DNA of 64,000 bases from Candidatus Omnitrophota bacterium (GTDB lineage Bacteria > Omnitrophota > Gorgyraeia > Ghiorseimicrobiales > Ghiorseimicrobiaceae). Every line of letters starts with the position of its first letter. Within the stretch, counting starts at the first letter, position 1. The DNA lies in assembly GCA_030681595.1 (NCBI GenBank), contig JAUXSB010000003.1:95207-159206 (forward strand), in the 5' to 3' direction. Positions 24,965 through 35,427 of this stretch are shown here, piece after piece. A program made the position numbers and the translations under genes. A model generated the notes under the pieces. The model had not been told where the DNA came from, did not search any database, and saw only the letters and a program-made list of their open reading frames with translations.

Positions 24965-25963
24965 TCAATAATTCGAATTCGGCCGATAATAAATAATCTG
25001 GCTGCCGAGTTCGTCAAAACGGAACGGAACGTGAATAAGGCCTTTGAGCTTCTGTTTAACGCGGCTCTGTAATTCGCGCTTGACATAAAGGAGCATAAAG
25101 CCGCCGCCGCCGGCGCCAAGAATCTTACCTCCGATGGCCCCGGCCTTTCTAGCTCTAAGATAAATTTCATCAATTTTCGAATTCGTAATATTTTTGCTCA
25201 GCGTCTTTTTGATAAGCCAAGTCTCATGAAGCAATTTCCCGAAATTTTCCAAAGGCTTCTGCTCATGGTTGAGGATATTCAAGGCTTCATTCACCATCGC
25301 ATACATAGTTTTTAATTCCTTAATTTTGTGGGGAATATTCTTGATCTGCTCTTCGGCGATCTCCGATGCGGTGCGCGAAAAACCAGTGAAAAAAAGCATG
25401 AGGTGCTGCTGGAGAAACTTCATCCTCTTAACGCTAATCGTTACAGGCGAAACCTCGATGTTTTTGTATCCGTTGAATTCAATTTTGTTTAACCCCCCGA
25501 AGGCAGCACTGACCTGATCCTGCGAGCCCACGTTCTCTTTAATCCATTCCTGCTCTACCTCAATGGCTTGGAAAGCCAGCTCTTTTTTTGTAACCATCCT
25601 CCCCTGAAGAGCATGGAGCGCATGCAAGAAACCGACTGTAAAAGAAGAGCTTGAACCGATACCCGTACGCGCCGGAAGGTCTCCAACATGCTGCAGGCTG
25701 ATGCCACGCTTGATGTTCAGATAGCGCAGACCCTCCCGCACCGCTGGATGCTGAATTTCAGCTACCTTCCTAACCAGTTCCTGCTTGGAATAAACGATGC
25801 GGTATTTCCAATCGAAAAAAGGCGGCACATAACAAAGCGTGATGTAGCAGTATTTGTCGATCGTCGTAGCTAGCACAACTCCGGGATGGCCATGATACCA
25901 TTCCGGATAATCTGTGCCACCGCCGAAAAAAGAAATGCGAAAAGGTGTTCTGCTAATAATCAT
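24965..25963 (-). CDS. hddA: GHMP-family sugar kinase, D-glycero-D-manno-heptose 7-phosphate kinase-like (HddA)
   Basis: RTPFRISFFGGGTDYPEWY..VVLATTIDKY..PARTGIGSSSSFTVGFLHAL GHMP motifs. Adjacent to hddC. Confidence 0.65.
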   Translation of the reverse strand: MIISRTPFRISFFGGGTDYPEWYHGHPGVVLATTIDKYCYITLCYVPPFFDWKYRIVYSKQELVRKVAEIQHPAVREGLRYLNIKRGISLQHVGDLPARTGIGSSSSFTVGFLHALHALQGRMVTKKELAFQAIEVEQEWIKENVGSQDQVSAAFGGLNKIEFNGYKNIEVSPVTISVKRMKFLQQHLMLFFTGFSRTASEIAEEQIKNIPHKIKELKTMYAMVNEALNILNHEQKPLENFGKLLHETWLIKKTLSKNITNSKIDEIYLRARKAGAIGGKILGAGGGGFMLLYVKRELQSRVKQKLKGLIHVPFRFDELGSQIIYYRPNSNY

Positions 25964-26008
25964 TGTCTCACTCCGATAGTTTGAAGGTTAGAATGGCAAA
26001 TACGTGTT

Positions 26009-26506
26009 TCATGCATCCCTTTGCGAACAGATGGGGTTTGTGGACGACCAAAGAATGTTAAAACGCGGATCATCCCATTTATAGGAAAACTGCTTCTCCG
26101 GATTATAATACGTGGACTGCTTGTAACTAAAGATGACTTTATCACTTAAAACGTAATAGGCGTTGCCGTAACCCGGAGGAATCAAAACCTGCAGCCTGTT
26201 TTTGTCGCTTAATGTGAATGACTGCCATTTGCCGAAATCTTTGGACTTAGGATCGCAATTCACCACGACGAAGAAGATTTCGCCGTAAAAACACGAAATC
26301 AATTTCCATGTAACGAAATCACCGTGAATACCGCGCAACACATTGTGTTTGGAAATAGAAATATCGTCTTGGATAAACTTTATATTGATGCCGTGTTTTT
26401 GATACAGGCCTTCATTGTACGTCTCGACGTATTCACCACGAAAATCCTTAAACGGATCAAGGCGAATTAATAAAACCCCGCCTAACTTAGTCTTAACAGT
26501 TTTCAT
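26009..26506 (-). CDS. RmlC-like cupin NDP-4-keto-6-deoxy-sugar 3,5-epimerase
   Basis: F.DFRGEYVETYN..VLRGIHGD..KLISCFYGEIFFVVVNCD..FGKW..LIPPGYGNAYYVLSDK fits the dTDP-4-dehydrorhamnose 3,5-epimerase family. Confidence 0.7.
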   Translation of the reverse strand: MKTVKTKLGGVLLIRLDPFKDFRGEYVETYNEGLYQKHGINIKFIQDDISISKHNVLRGIHGDFVTWKLISCFYGEIFFVVVNCDPKSKDFGKWQSFTLSDKNRLQVLIPPGYGNAYYVLSDKVIFSYKQSTYYNPEKQFSYKWDDPRFNILWSSTNPICSQRDA

Positions 26507-27840
26507 ATTCCCGCTTTCTTAGACTTATCAAATCTTTCATAAGCTTCATCCTGATACCTCAAAAGGTCATTATCAGAAACCTTAGATAAATTTATGCCTA
26601 CGCTATCATAATAATTGGATGCTTCCATCTGCTCAAAGCTCCATATGTCAACAAGGCCTATCTGACAAGCAAGATCATAAACATGCGTGCCGGGATACGG
26701 GGCCAAGATCATAAACTTTGACTGATCGGCGTTCAACTCAAATGCGAAATCAATGGTTTCCTTAATCGTCTCCTGTGTATCTCCCGGAAGCCCAATAATA
26801 TAACTGGCTATGATTGGCAATCCTACTTCTTTCATAATTCTAGCGGCCTTCCTAAACTGTTCTTTCGTCTCCTTCTTGCCTATCCTAACCAACATCTCTT
26901 CATTGCCACTTTCAACTCCTATAGCCGCAAAACAACACCCTGATTTCTTTAAAATATCTGCCAACCTCTCGGTAACTGAATCTGCCCGTAACTGTACCGT
27001 ATAACTTATATCAAATTGTCCTTCTATAATGCGATCACAGATAGAGAATGCGCGCTGCTCATCAATCGCAAATGTATCATCCCAAAACATTAAGTTTCTT
27101 ACCTTTAAACGGTTAGCAATATCAGAAATCTCATGTATAACATTTTCTACTGAGCGTAACCTAAGCTTTCTTTTCCATGTAACAGCGGATGCGCAAAAAA
27201 TACAATCATAAGGGCATCCTCTGCCGGAATAGATTGCAAGATGGCTCCCGCTGAAATAAGTTGGATCATCATACTCCTTAATATCCATTAAATCCCACGC
27301 GGGAAACGGTAATGCGTCAAGGTTATTTATAAAAGGGCGGACCGGGTTGACTTTTACGGAAAGTCCATCCTTATAGACAATGTTTTTGACTCCGGACGGG
27401 TCCTGTTTATTCTCTATTTTTTCTAAAAGCTCAAGGAGCGCTTCTTCGCCTTCTCCGACAATACCATAGGAAATACCATCCATCATAGAAGTTAAAGGCG
27501 TGCCGGTCACGTGAGGGCCCCCAATAATTGTAAAAATATCCGGCTGCCTTCGTTTTATTTCCTGCGCTGTTTTAACGACAACGGGGAACCTCGGAGTCAA
27601 CGTTGTAAAACACACGTATTTTGGATGGCTTTGCAATATAATCTCAGCCATCTGATCCACAGAGCTAGCAGGAGTCACCTCAAAATCAATGATAGAGCAG
27701 TCAAAGCTTCCTTTTGTACGAATAAAAGAAGCTAAAAGCGCAATATTAAGAGGGCAACGGATTACTCCTTGTTTTTTCCATTGCCCGGACTTCTGCAGAT
27801 TCGGCGGGCGGACAAAAACAACTTTTGCTTTATTCCCCAT
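26503..27840 (-). CDS. B12-binding-domain radical SAM enzyme 2
   Basis: B12-binding region (IGGPHVTGTPL), then GRGCPYDCIFCAS. Confidence 0.8.
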   Translation of the reverse strand: MGNKAKVVFVRPPNLQKSGQWKKQGVIRCPLNIALLASFIRTKGSFDCSIIDFEVTPASSVDQMAEIILQSHPKYVCFTTLTPRFPVVVKTAQEIKRRQPDIFTIIGGPHVTGTPLTSMMDGISYGIVGEGEEALLELLEKIENKQDPSGVKNIVYKDGLSVKVNPVRPFINNLDALPFPAWDLMDIKEYDDPTYFSGSHLAIYSGRGCPYDCIFCASAVTWKRKLRLRSVENVIHEISDIANRLKVRNLMFWDDTFAIDEQRAFSICDRIIEGQFDISYTVQLRADSVTERLADILKKSGCCFAAIGVESGNEEMLVRIGKKETKEQFRKAARIMKEVGLPIIASYIIGLPGDTQETIKETIDFAFELNADQSKFMILAPYPGTHVYDLACQIGLVDIWSFEQMEASNYYDSVGINLSKVSDNDLLRYQDEAYERFDKSKKAGI

Positions 27841-27849
27841 AGTTAATCA

Positions 27850-28848
27850 TTAGCCTTCGGATAAAATGCTGTAACGCCGCGGAAGGGCAGATTTATGCTG
27901 TTGATACCATTTTAATGTTTCAGAAATTCCGCTATCCAAAGCCACTTTTGGCATCCATCCTAATTCATTTTTTGCTTTTTCTATACTGGCAACTCTATAT
28001 TTTTCGCCCGCCTCTTTAGCAGCATCCCATTGGATATTAATCTTTTTGCCGATAAATTTCTCCGCGCAATTAACAATCGTATCCGTAAGATCCCTGATAG
28101 AAACCGGCTTGCCGCTGCCTACATTATAAGGGCCGGCGGCATTTTTAAAAACCATTAAAAGCAAAAAATCAGCAACGTCTTCGGAAAATATAAAATCCCT
28201 TACAGCAGACCCATCACCCCAGACAACTAACGGGTCTTCCCCGCTAAAAATACGTAAAATTAACGACGGTATGACTAACGCCGAAACTGAATTAAAATTA
28301 TCGCATGGCCCATAAGTATTTACCGGGCGGGCTATTAAAAAATTTTCTAATTTATACTGAAGCTTATAAGCCTCGATCTGCATCTCGCCGATGAGTTTAG
28401 CCATTCCGCCAAATTTATCGGACGGATGAGGAAGGCCGTTTCCCGCATTTTCTTCCAGAAATATTTCAGCGGGCGGATAAACACAGATGCTGCTGGTATA
28501 TAAGAATTGTTTAACACCGGCAATTCTTGCGGCTTCCATAATCTGAATATCCATCAAAATATTTTTTACCAAAAAACTGGAAGCTTTCGATTTGGCAACG
28601 CCTATCCCGCCTTTAATCCCAGCCAAATGAAAAACAATATCTGCCCCTCTGACTGCTTGGGCGCATACCTTTTTATCGCATAGATCCCCTTTTACAAACT
28701 CAAACTTACCCCCAGCCGCCGATTCTTCATCAAGGCTTACAATCCTGACTTCTGCTTCCATCTCCTTGAGCTTCTTTACCAAAGGAGTACCTATTAATCC
28801 TGTACCGCCTGTTACTAATACTTTTTTATTACGAAAATAATTTTTCAT
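27850..28848 (-). CDS. GDP-L-fucose-synthase-like NAD(P)-dependent epimerase/4-reductase (Fcl paralog 1)
   Basis: VLVTGGTGLIGTPLV; NTYGPCDNFNSVSALVIPSLILRIF..VVWGDGSAVRDFIFSEDVA parallels Fcl NLYGPHDNF..HVIPALLRRF..VVWGSGTPMREFLHVDD. Confidence 0.65.
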   Translation of the reverse strand: MKNYFRNKKVLVTGGTGLIGTPLVKKLKEMEAEVRIVSLDEESAAGGKFEFVKGDLCDKKVCAQAVRGADIVFHLAGIKGGIGVAKSKASSFLVKNILMDIQIMEAARIAGVKQFLYTSSICVYPPAEIFLEENAGNGLPHPSDKFGGMAKLIGEMQIEAYKLQYKLENFLIARPVNTYGPCDNFNSVSALVIPSLILRIFSGEDPLVVWGDGSAVRDFIFSEDVADFLLLMVFKNAAGPYNVGSGKPVSIRDLTDTIVNCAEKFIGKKINIQWDAAKEAGEKYRVASIEKAKNELGWMPKVALDSGISETLKWYQQHKSALPRRYSILSEG

Positions 28849-28857
28849 ATTATAAAA

Positions 28858-29826
28858 TCAATTGAACTTAAATTTATTTTTTGACTCCTTATACCACCGA
28901 ACGGTATCTTCAATACCATCATTTAAAGAAATTTTCGGCCTAAAACCCAGTAATTTCTTTGCTTTTGATATATCAACCATCCTAAACGGTATAGTAGTAG
29001 GTTTAGAACTATTAAAGATAAGCCTGGCTTTTTCATGCCCGCAAGCCCGTAAAATTATTCGCACGACATCTTTGACCTTTACGGCCTCGCCGTAACCTAT
29101 GTTAACCGGATCGCATTCTGCGTTTTTCTCCAACATTAATAGACAGGCCAGCGCCAAATCAGATACATGCAAAAAATCACGTACTTCTTCGCCCGTTCCC
29201 CAAACCTCATAAGGATCTTGTTTTTCAACTGCCCTGCGTATTAACGCAGGGATTACATGGCTGGCCTTCGGGTCAAAATTATCCCAGCGGCCGTAAATAG
29301 CTGTTGGGCGGACAATAGCGATTTTTACTTTAGATTTCAATGCCACAAATTCCCCCAACCGCTCCAAATACCTCCGCATCCAGCCATAACCAAAATAACC
29401 TTCGTAAGGCGAGCCATTCCACATTTCTTCTTCCTTAATAGGATAATCGGCAACCGGATAACCGGTGCTACTGCTAAACAAGAGAAACCTTTCAACTCCA
29501 ATATCACATGCCGCCTGAAGCATCTGGCTTGTTAAAACAAGGTTGACCGTAATAGCTGACATAGGGTTTGCTGCCACCGCTCCTGAGCCGGCAACAACTC
29601 CTGCGGCATGAAAACAATAATCTACGCCGCTAAGCACCTTTAAACAATCTGCCTGTTTTGCCAGGTCGGCGCGCATCAACTCTATGCGCTTATCTTTAAT
29701 CGTCATCGGGCGTTTATGTATCGGGACACGCACGCGCGCTCCGGATTTTAAAAGTTCTTGCACAATATGCGTTCCCACAAAACCCGTCCCGCCGGTAACT
29801 AAAACAAGCCTATCCCGATAAAACAT
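28858..29826 (-). CDS. Fcl-like NAD(P)-dependent epimerase/4-reductase (paralog 2)
   Basis: LVLVTGGTGFVGTHIV; AIYGRWDNFDPKASHVIPALIRRAVEKQDPYEVWGTGEEVRDFLHVSD. Confidence 0.65.
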   Translation of the reverse strand: MFYRDRLVLVTGGTGFVGTHIVQELLKSGARVRVPIHKRPMTIKDKRIELMRADLAKQADCLKVLSGVDYCFHAAGVVAGSGAVAANPMSAITVNLVLTSQMLQAACDIGVERFLLFSSSTGYPVADYPIKEEEMWNGSPYEGYFGYGWMRRYLERLGEFVALKSKVKIAIVRPTAIYGRWDNFDPKASHVIPALIRRAVEKQDPYEVWGTGEEVRDFLHVSDLALACLLMLEKNAECDPVNIGYGEAVKVKDVVRIILRACGHEKARLIFNSSKPTTIPFRMVDISKAKKLLGFRPKISLNDGIEDTVRWYKESKNKFKFN

Positions 29827-29836
29827 CTTCCCTCTT

Positions 29837-30706
29837 TCAACGATTTTTTATCCTTTGCTCTATATTTTCCTTAATAGATTCAATATCCAAACCGATCTTC
29901 TTTCTTATATCTACCAGCGTCCCATACCAGCTGCAAAATTTATCCGGAAGCCCGTAATAAGAAACGGACAAATTTGGCACTTCGCAAACAGCCTCATACA
30001 AACCAAAAGCATCATGGATAACCATAATTTCTGTATGCCTGAATCTCTCAATCAGTTCTCTATCAATGGGTTTTATTGTATGAAAATAAACAAGATTGAC
30101 AGGCAAATTCCGGCAGGCTTCCATAACATTACCCAATATAGGGCCGGCTGTCATAACGGTAAGTTTAGAACCGGAATCCTTTAAAATAACCCCTTTGCCA
30201 AACTTCGCCGGAATATCAATATTATGCGGGTAGTCCGATAATCTGAAATAAGTAGCTTTCCCGTTGTTATACTGGCTTCTAAGCAAGGTATCTAATTCTT
30301 TTTTAGAACCCGGCTGAATTACTTCTATATCAGGCAATAATCTCAAAATAGCTAAATCGGTATAACAATGGTGCGTCGCGCCGTCCCAGGCATAATCAAA
30401 AGAAGCGCCGCAGGATACGATGTTGGCACCGAAGCGGTTATAACACAGGTCAATCTTAATCTGCTCAAGGCTTCTTTCGGTAATAAAAGGCGTGATGGTA
30501 TGGACAAAAGGAAAAAATCCCAGAAAACTCAAACCCGCCCCGATACTGATAAGCGCATTTTCACAAATACCAATATTATAAAATCTGTCCGGATACTTTG
30601 CTTTGAAATCGTTAAAAAGATAAACGCTGACGTCGCCGAATATCAGAACGATTTTATCGTCGTAGGCTGCCAAATCCATTACAGTATCTCTAAATTGCTT
30701 CCTCAT
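29837..30706 (-). CDS. Transketolase, C-terminal section (pyrimidine-binding/C-terminal domains)
   Basis: IFGDVSVYLFNDF..YNIGICENALISIGAGLSF.GFFPFVHTITPFITERSLEQIK matches transketolase and DXS-type Pyr domains. Confidence 0.75.
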   Translation of the reverse strand: MRKQFRDTVMDLAAYDDKIVLIFGDVSVYLFNDFKAKYPDRFYNIGICENALISIGAGLSFLGFFPFVHTITPFITERSLEQIKIDLCYNRFGANIVSCGASFDYAWDGATHHCYTDLAILRLLPDIEVIQPGSKKELDTLLRSQYNNGKATYFRLSDYPHNIDIPAKFGKGVILKDSGSKLTVMTAGPILGNVMEACRNLPVNLVYFHTIKPIDRELIERFRHTEIMVIHDAFGLYEAVCEVPNLSVSYYGLPDKFCSWYGTLVDIRKKIGLDIESIKENIEQRIKNR

Positions 30707-31472
30707 CCAACTCCTTCATCAGCTGTTCAAATTCTTTTTCATTCGGTGATTTTCTGTGCCATTCGTAAGGACTGGAAACAAATGTATTACAGCCGAAGCC
30801 TTTTTTTGTATGTGCTATAATGGCAATTACAGCATTCGCTTTCCTGAGTATCTCGCTTTTTAGAATATCTATATCGTGCCCGTCAGCTTCTCTAATCTCG
30901 CACCCGAACGCCGCAAATTTTTCAGCAGGATTAACTATCTGAAGCCCTCTTGAATGCGACATATTATTATCATAGATTATGGTCAAATTATTAAGCTTTA
31001 AGCTGGTTGCAACCATAATTGCTTCCCAGACAGAACCCTCGTTAGATTCTCCGTCGCCGATCACCACATAAACGCGCCGTTCGGATTTTTGTATCTTTAG
31101 CCCCAACGCTATACCAACGGCTAGGCCAATACCATGCCCTAACGAACCTGTGGAAGCTTCAACGCCGGAGACTTTAAACCTATCGGCATGACAGCCAAAG
31201 TCTGACATAAATCCGCCGAACGAATACACTTTTTTAAGGTCAAAATATCCGAACTTAGCCAAGACACAATAGTGCGCAAGACTTGCATGCCCTTTACTTA
31301 AAATAAATATATCTCGTTCTTGCCATGAAGGAAGCTTGGGATTATGCTTAATAGTACCATATATTGCATATACAATCTCAACTACAGAAAAACAAGATGG
31401 TATATGCCCATGACCACTTTTTCTTGATATATCAAGAATTTGCTTTCTTATTTCTTTACACCATTTATTCAT
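30690..31472 (-). CDS. Transketolase, N-terminal section (TPP-binding domain)
   Basis: SGHGHIPSCFSVVEIVYAIY..LSKGHASLAHY..GSLGHGIGLAVGIALG..VYVVIGDGESNEGSVWEA. Confidence 0.75.
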   Translation of the reverse strand: MNKWCKEIRKQILDISRKSGHGHIPSCFSVVEIVYAIYGTIKHNPKLPSWQERDIFILSKGHASLAHYCVLAKFGYFDLKKVYSFGGFMSDFGCHADRFKVSGVEASTGSLGHGIGLAVGIALGLKIQKSERRVYVVIGDGESNEGSVWEAIMVATSLKLNNLTIIYDNNMSHSRGLQIVNPAEKFAAFGCEIREADGHDIDILKSEILRKANAVIAIIAHTKKGFGCNTFVSSPYEWHRKSPNEKEFEQLMKELDEEAI

Positions 31473-31491
31473 TTTATAAAATAAAATTACA

Positions 31492-32931
31492 CTAAATATT
31501 AGTAATATTTTGACTCAACCGCTGCAAATAATCCGCTATCTTTTTCTTTGGATTACGCAAGTAAGCCATTTGCTGTAGTTCTTTTCTTTTTGACCAAGAT
31601 AACTCTTTGCTTTCCATTACACCTGGATCCTGTTTACCATAATGACTCCAATTATCAGAAACAATTTTCATGCCATATTCGCCTCTTAAAGCCATCTGTC
31701 TTAACTCTGTTCCGGGAAAAGGAACTGCTATAGGAAAAGTAACAGAATAAAGATCCAATTTCTCAGCCATTGCTATTGCTTTCATCACATGTTTCTCAGT
31801 ATCGCCCGGCAAACCAATAATGAATGCACCGACAGGTATAATCCCCGCCAGTTTAGTCCACCTTACCACATCCTCTATTTGCTTAGTAGTAATATTTTTC
31901 TTGATTAATTTTAAGGTCTGATCATCGGCACTTTCCAATCCAAAGAAAATAAAATAGCAACCGGCGTTTCTCATGCGTTTTAGTAATTCCAAAGACATAT
32001 CACTAACACGAGTACTGCATGACCAGGTAATTTTCTTATGTAACCCCCGGTCAACAAACACGTTCAGGAATTCATCAACCCATGCCATATTAATAAGAAA
32101 GGTTTCATCTAAAAAAGCAACGGACTTACAATTAAATTCGCTGATATTACGTTCTATTTCTGCAATGACCGAAAGAACACTTCGGTGGCGGACCGTAGAA
32201 CCCAATGCACGGCAGCAAAAGACACAACGATACGGGCACCCTCTCCCCGTTACCATAGGTAATTCAAGGTTTGTCCTATGCGGATAAGTCCCGGGGTATT
32301 TCGACAGATTAAACTCTTGCCATGCAGGAAAAGGTAGGGAATCAAGATTCAGAATAGGATTATTAGAGGCCCCGACAATAACTTTTTCCGTCATCCTGGT
32401 TATAACTCCATTTATTCTAGATAAAGCCTGATCATTTCCCAGAGAATCAAATATTTTCGGCAAAACCTCTTCGCCTTCTCCGCTTATAACAAAATCAAAC
32501 CAGGGAAATTCATCCAATGTTTCTTTAGGAATTGCTGTGACATGCGGTCCCCCTACGCATATTTTCACTTCAGGGAGTGTATGTTTTATTTTCTCTGCAA
32601 TAAAAGCCGCAGTTCTGACCTGGATTGTAAAAGCGGTAAAACCAACTACCGCCGGTTTCGTTTTGGAGACAAAATCAATAAGTTGTTCTATGGAAAAACA
32701 ATCTATAACCATATCTATGTATTTAACTTTTAACCCTTCTTTTTTTGCGATGGCTAAAAGATACGCTATCCCTATATGCGGAGTTTCCTGATTAGGAATA
32801 TCTTTCTCAATCCTCACATTCATTTTATTTTTCTGATCCAGTTCCCAATTAAGGCTGGGATTTATGAGAAGTAAATCAAGCTTATTTTCATCCCCCGCAT
32901 CATACTTCCCAATAAAAACATCTGCTACCAT
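31492..32931 (-). CDS. B12-binding-domain radical SAM enzyme 3
   Basis: B12-binding region (CVGGPHVTAIP), then GRGCPYRCVFCC. Confidence 0.8.
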   Translation of the reverse strand: MVADVFIGKYDAGDENKLDLLLINPSLNWELDQKNKMNVRIEKDIPNQETPHIGIAYLLAIAKKEGLKVKYIDMVIDCFSIEQLIDFVSKTKPAVVGFTAFTIQVRTAAFIAEKIKHTLPEVKICVGGPHVTAIPKETLDEFPWFDFVISGEGEEVLPKIFDSLGNDQALSRINGVITRMTEKVIVGASNNPILNLDSLPFPAWQEFNLSKYPGTYPHRTNLELPMVTGRGCPYRCVFCCRALGSTVRHRSVLSVIAEIERNISEFNCKSVAFLDETFLINMAWVDEFLNVFVDRGLHKKITWSCSTRVSDMSLELLKRMRNAGCYFIFFGLESADDQTLKLIKKNITTKQIEDVVRWTKLAGIIPVGAFIIGLPGDTEKHVMKAIAMAEKLDLYSVTFPIAVPFPGTELRQMALRGEYGMKIVSDNWSHYGKQDPGVMESKELSWSKRKELQQMAYLRNPKKKIADYLQRLSQNITNI

Positions 32932-32950
32932 TTACTCATCCTTTCTATGA

Positions 32951-33718
32951 CTATTTTATTTCAATATAGGAAATCCTTGAAGTCATAGGGAATCGTTCGA
33001 TTTTTGAATGTTTAAGCCCCAGGGTCTCTTTTAATGCCATTGTCTCTCCGGGAAAAATATCATCGCAGAGCTCATCAAAAACAAGAATACTTCCCCTGCA
33101 TAAATTCGGCATGATTGTTCTTAAAGCAACCTTTGTCGGTTTATAAATATCAAAGTCAAAAACTGCCAAAGAAATAATGGTTTCAGGATGTTTCTTAAAA
33201 TACGCGGGGACAGTTTTTATCGCATCGCCTTTCATAAGCTCATATCTTTTTAAATGTGACATGGGATTAAGCGCTTCCTGCTTCGCCAATACCTTATCTA
33301 GATAATCTTCATACCCAGAAGGCAATGAAAAGGACCCATCAACGCATTTACTGCGAGTTCCGTCTTTTTTATCCACTCCTTTAAACCCTTTAAAGGTATC
33401 GAAACCGACAATTTTCCTATGTCTGTTAAAAGGCTCAAATAGGCCGCGTAACGCCGACATCAATGAAAGAGTCTGACCCCATCTTACTCCGAATTCTACA
33501 ATAATGCCGTGAACATGAATTATCTTTTTATATATTTCGTAGAAGAATAATAACCTTGAGAGATTCTTTGAAGTTAAAAACAACCCCAGATTCGACAATA
33601 ATTCTTCGCTAGGCAACGGTGCGGTTTTCAAAAGATTGACGAATTGAGCCAAAATCTCCTTTTCTCCCTGGCTGGATAATACGATTGCATCATATTTTTT
33701 AGTTTTCATTTCTTCCAC
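32951..33718 (-). CDS. TylF/MycF/CmcI-family SAM-dependent methyltransferase
   Basis: 255 aa; GIIVEFGVRWGQTLSLM..GSILVFDE fits the macrocin-O-MT / CmcI class I MT pattern. Confidence 0.55.
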   Translation of the reverse strand: MEEMKTKKYDAIVLSSQGEKEILAQFVNLLKTAPLPSEELLSNLGLFLTSKNLSRLLFFYEIYKKIIHVHGIIVEFGVRWGQTLSLMSALRGLFEPFNRHRKIVGFDTFKGFKGVDKKDGTRSKCVDGSFSLPSGYEDYLDKVLAKQEALNPMSHLKRYELMKGDAIKTVPAYFKKHPETIISLAVFDFDIYKPTKVALRTIMPNLCRGSILVFDELCDDIFPGETMALKETLGLKHSKIERFPMTSRISYIEIK

Positions 33719-34686
33719 CGCCTTTTATTTTCAATCCACCATTGGGTAGTCATACTTATCCCTTCATCAACACTGTACTGCGGCTGCCACTGAAGTATGC
33801 TTTTTGCCTTTGCGCAATCAAGCGCCCTAAAGGGAATAGTTGAAGGTTCACGGCTGTTGTATTTGATTTTTTTGGGTATGTGTCCAGCATGTTTAAGCGC
33901 AAGCGTAACTACTTCGCGTACCGTCGTCTTAACTCCTGAGCCGATATTAAAAGTTTCATGTTTAATTAAATCATCATTCATCATTAATGCAATTGCCCTG
34001 GCAAAATCCTCCGAGTAAACCACATCTCTCGTCACCCCAGGGCTGCCCCAGACCTCAAAGGGATCCATTTTATCCACTGCCTTGCGAATAATAGCAGGAA
34101 TGAAATTGGACGTCTTGGGGTTAAATTTCGCATAAGGACCGAATATATTTGATACCCGCGCAACAACAATTTCCATCCCCGAATGCATGTTCCAAAATTG
34201 GCATACTTTTTCAATAAATCTAAACGCCCATCCAACTCCGAAGTAATTTTGATGCGGAGCATGGTTTAAATCAAGCTGTTCTTCCTTTATATGGCCAATG
34301 TATTCCTGATACACTGTTGCTGAACCAACAAATACCACTCTATTAATGTGTTCCCTGTAGAACGCCTGAAACATCTGAATATTCATTATCACATTATCAT
34401 ACATCTGCTCCCAAGAATAAACCGTGGCTGCGCCAGCACCCACGGAATTTGCCGCCACCATAATAGCACAATCACACCCCTTGCATATCTGCCTGCACTG
34501 TTTCTCAGACCTTAAATCGCCATATACATACGCTATCCTTTTATCCCTAATAAAGGGTTTTGTATGTTTGTAAAAAGAAGCTTTAATGCGGGTTTTTGGA
34601 TACTGTGCGAGAACATGCTTGATAACACTGGTACCCGCTAAACCAGTTGCACCGGCTACAAATAGTGTTTTATTATCCAAATACAT
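33706..34686 (-). CDS. Fcl-like NAD(P)-dependent epimerase/4-reductase (paralog 3)
   Basis: TLFVAGATGLAGTSVIKHVL; NIFGPYAKFNPKTSNFIPAIIRKAVDKMDPFEVWGSPGVTRDVVYSEDFA. Confidence 0.65.
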   Translation of the reverse strand: MYLDNKTLFVAGATGLAGTSVIKHVLAQYPKTRIKASFYKHTKPFIRDKRIAYVYGDLRSEKQCRQICKGCDCAIMVAANSVGAGAATVYSWEQMYDNVIMNIQMFQAFYREHINRVVFVGSATVYQEYIGHIKEEQLDLNHAPHQNYFGVGWAFRFIEKVCQFWNMHSGMEIVVARVSNIFGPYAKFNPKTSNFIPAIIRKAVDKMDPFEVWGSPGVTRDVVYSEDFARAIALMMNDDLIKHETFNIGSGVKTTVREVVTLALKHAGHIPKKIKYNSREPSTIPFRALDCAKAKSILQWQPQYSVDEGISMTTQWWIENKRRWKK

Positions 34687-34692
34687 AGTTTA

Positions 34693-35427
34693 TTATTTTT
34701 TTATATGCCAACCGCAAAAAATTTCCTGCAAGATAAGTAACAAAATGTATGAACCATTGATCAAGGGGCGATTCTTTCTTATCCCCCCTATGCGCTTCGG
34801 TTCATCACCTGGTATTTCGCCGACTTTTAGTTTTTGTTTAGCACATCGGATTGCCACAAGCGGTTCAAAACCAGCCATTTTTACATACCTATTGTCGAGC
34901 TGAAACAAACTTTTCTTCCATGCGCGAAAACCAACCAGAGTATCCGTATAATGCCCCCCAAATAATACATTAATCATAGCGGTAAACATCCAGTTACCAA
35001 AGGCAGTCACCACGTCATCATCGTAACTCTTGGCTCCCTTTAGATACCGGGAAACGATAACCAAATCATATCCCTTTTTCATTTCCTCAACTAACGGCGG
35101 GATCAATTCAGGAACCGAATTTCCATCGGGCGTAAAAGTAATGATAATATCTCCAATTGCCGCGTCCAAAGCACCCTGATACGCGTTTACCAACCCTTTT
35201 AATTTTTGCTGCACCACAGGATACCCTAGTGATTGCGCATATTCACTAGTGCCATCGGTTGAATTGCCGTCAACAACAATAATCTGATCAACCCATTCTT
35301 TTTTTATTTTGGGCATCACAGCCTTCATGCCGTCAATTTCATTAAACGTAGGTATAACTAACGTTACTTTCATATTTAACCTCTCCTGTCTAAAGAATAC
35401 TGATACCGCATAATTCAACCCAGCCAA
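34693..35427 (-). CDS. Family 2 glycosyltransferase (polyprenyl-phosphate sugar synthase-like)
   Basis: VTLVIPTFNEIDGMKAVMPKI..IIVVDGNSTDGTSEYA matches the GT2 DXD-region pattern. Confidence 0.7.
   Translation of the reverse strand: MAGLNYAVSVFFRQERLNMKVTLVIPTFNEIDGMKAVMPKIKKEWVDQIIVVDGNSTDGTSEYAQSLGYPVVQQKLKGLVNAYQGALDAAIGDIIITFTPDGNSVPELIPPLVEEMKKGYDLVIVSRYLKGAKSYDDDVVTAFGNWMFTAMINVLFGGHYTDTLVGFRAWKKSLFQLDNRYVKMAGFEPLVAIRCAKQKLKVGEIPGDEPKRIGGIRKNRPLINGSYILLLILQEIFCGWHIKK

Noticed and set aside
24115-26145. Small ORFs 24115..24354, 24248..24535, 24916..25173, 25960..26145 and similar overlapping or antisense ORFs
   Set aside because: They overlap strongly supported CDSs (3-dehydrase, hddC, hddA, RmlC-like) in other frames, without start or SD context.
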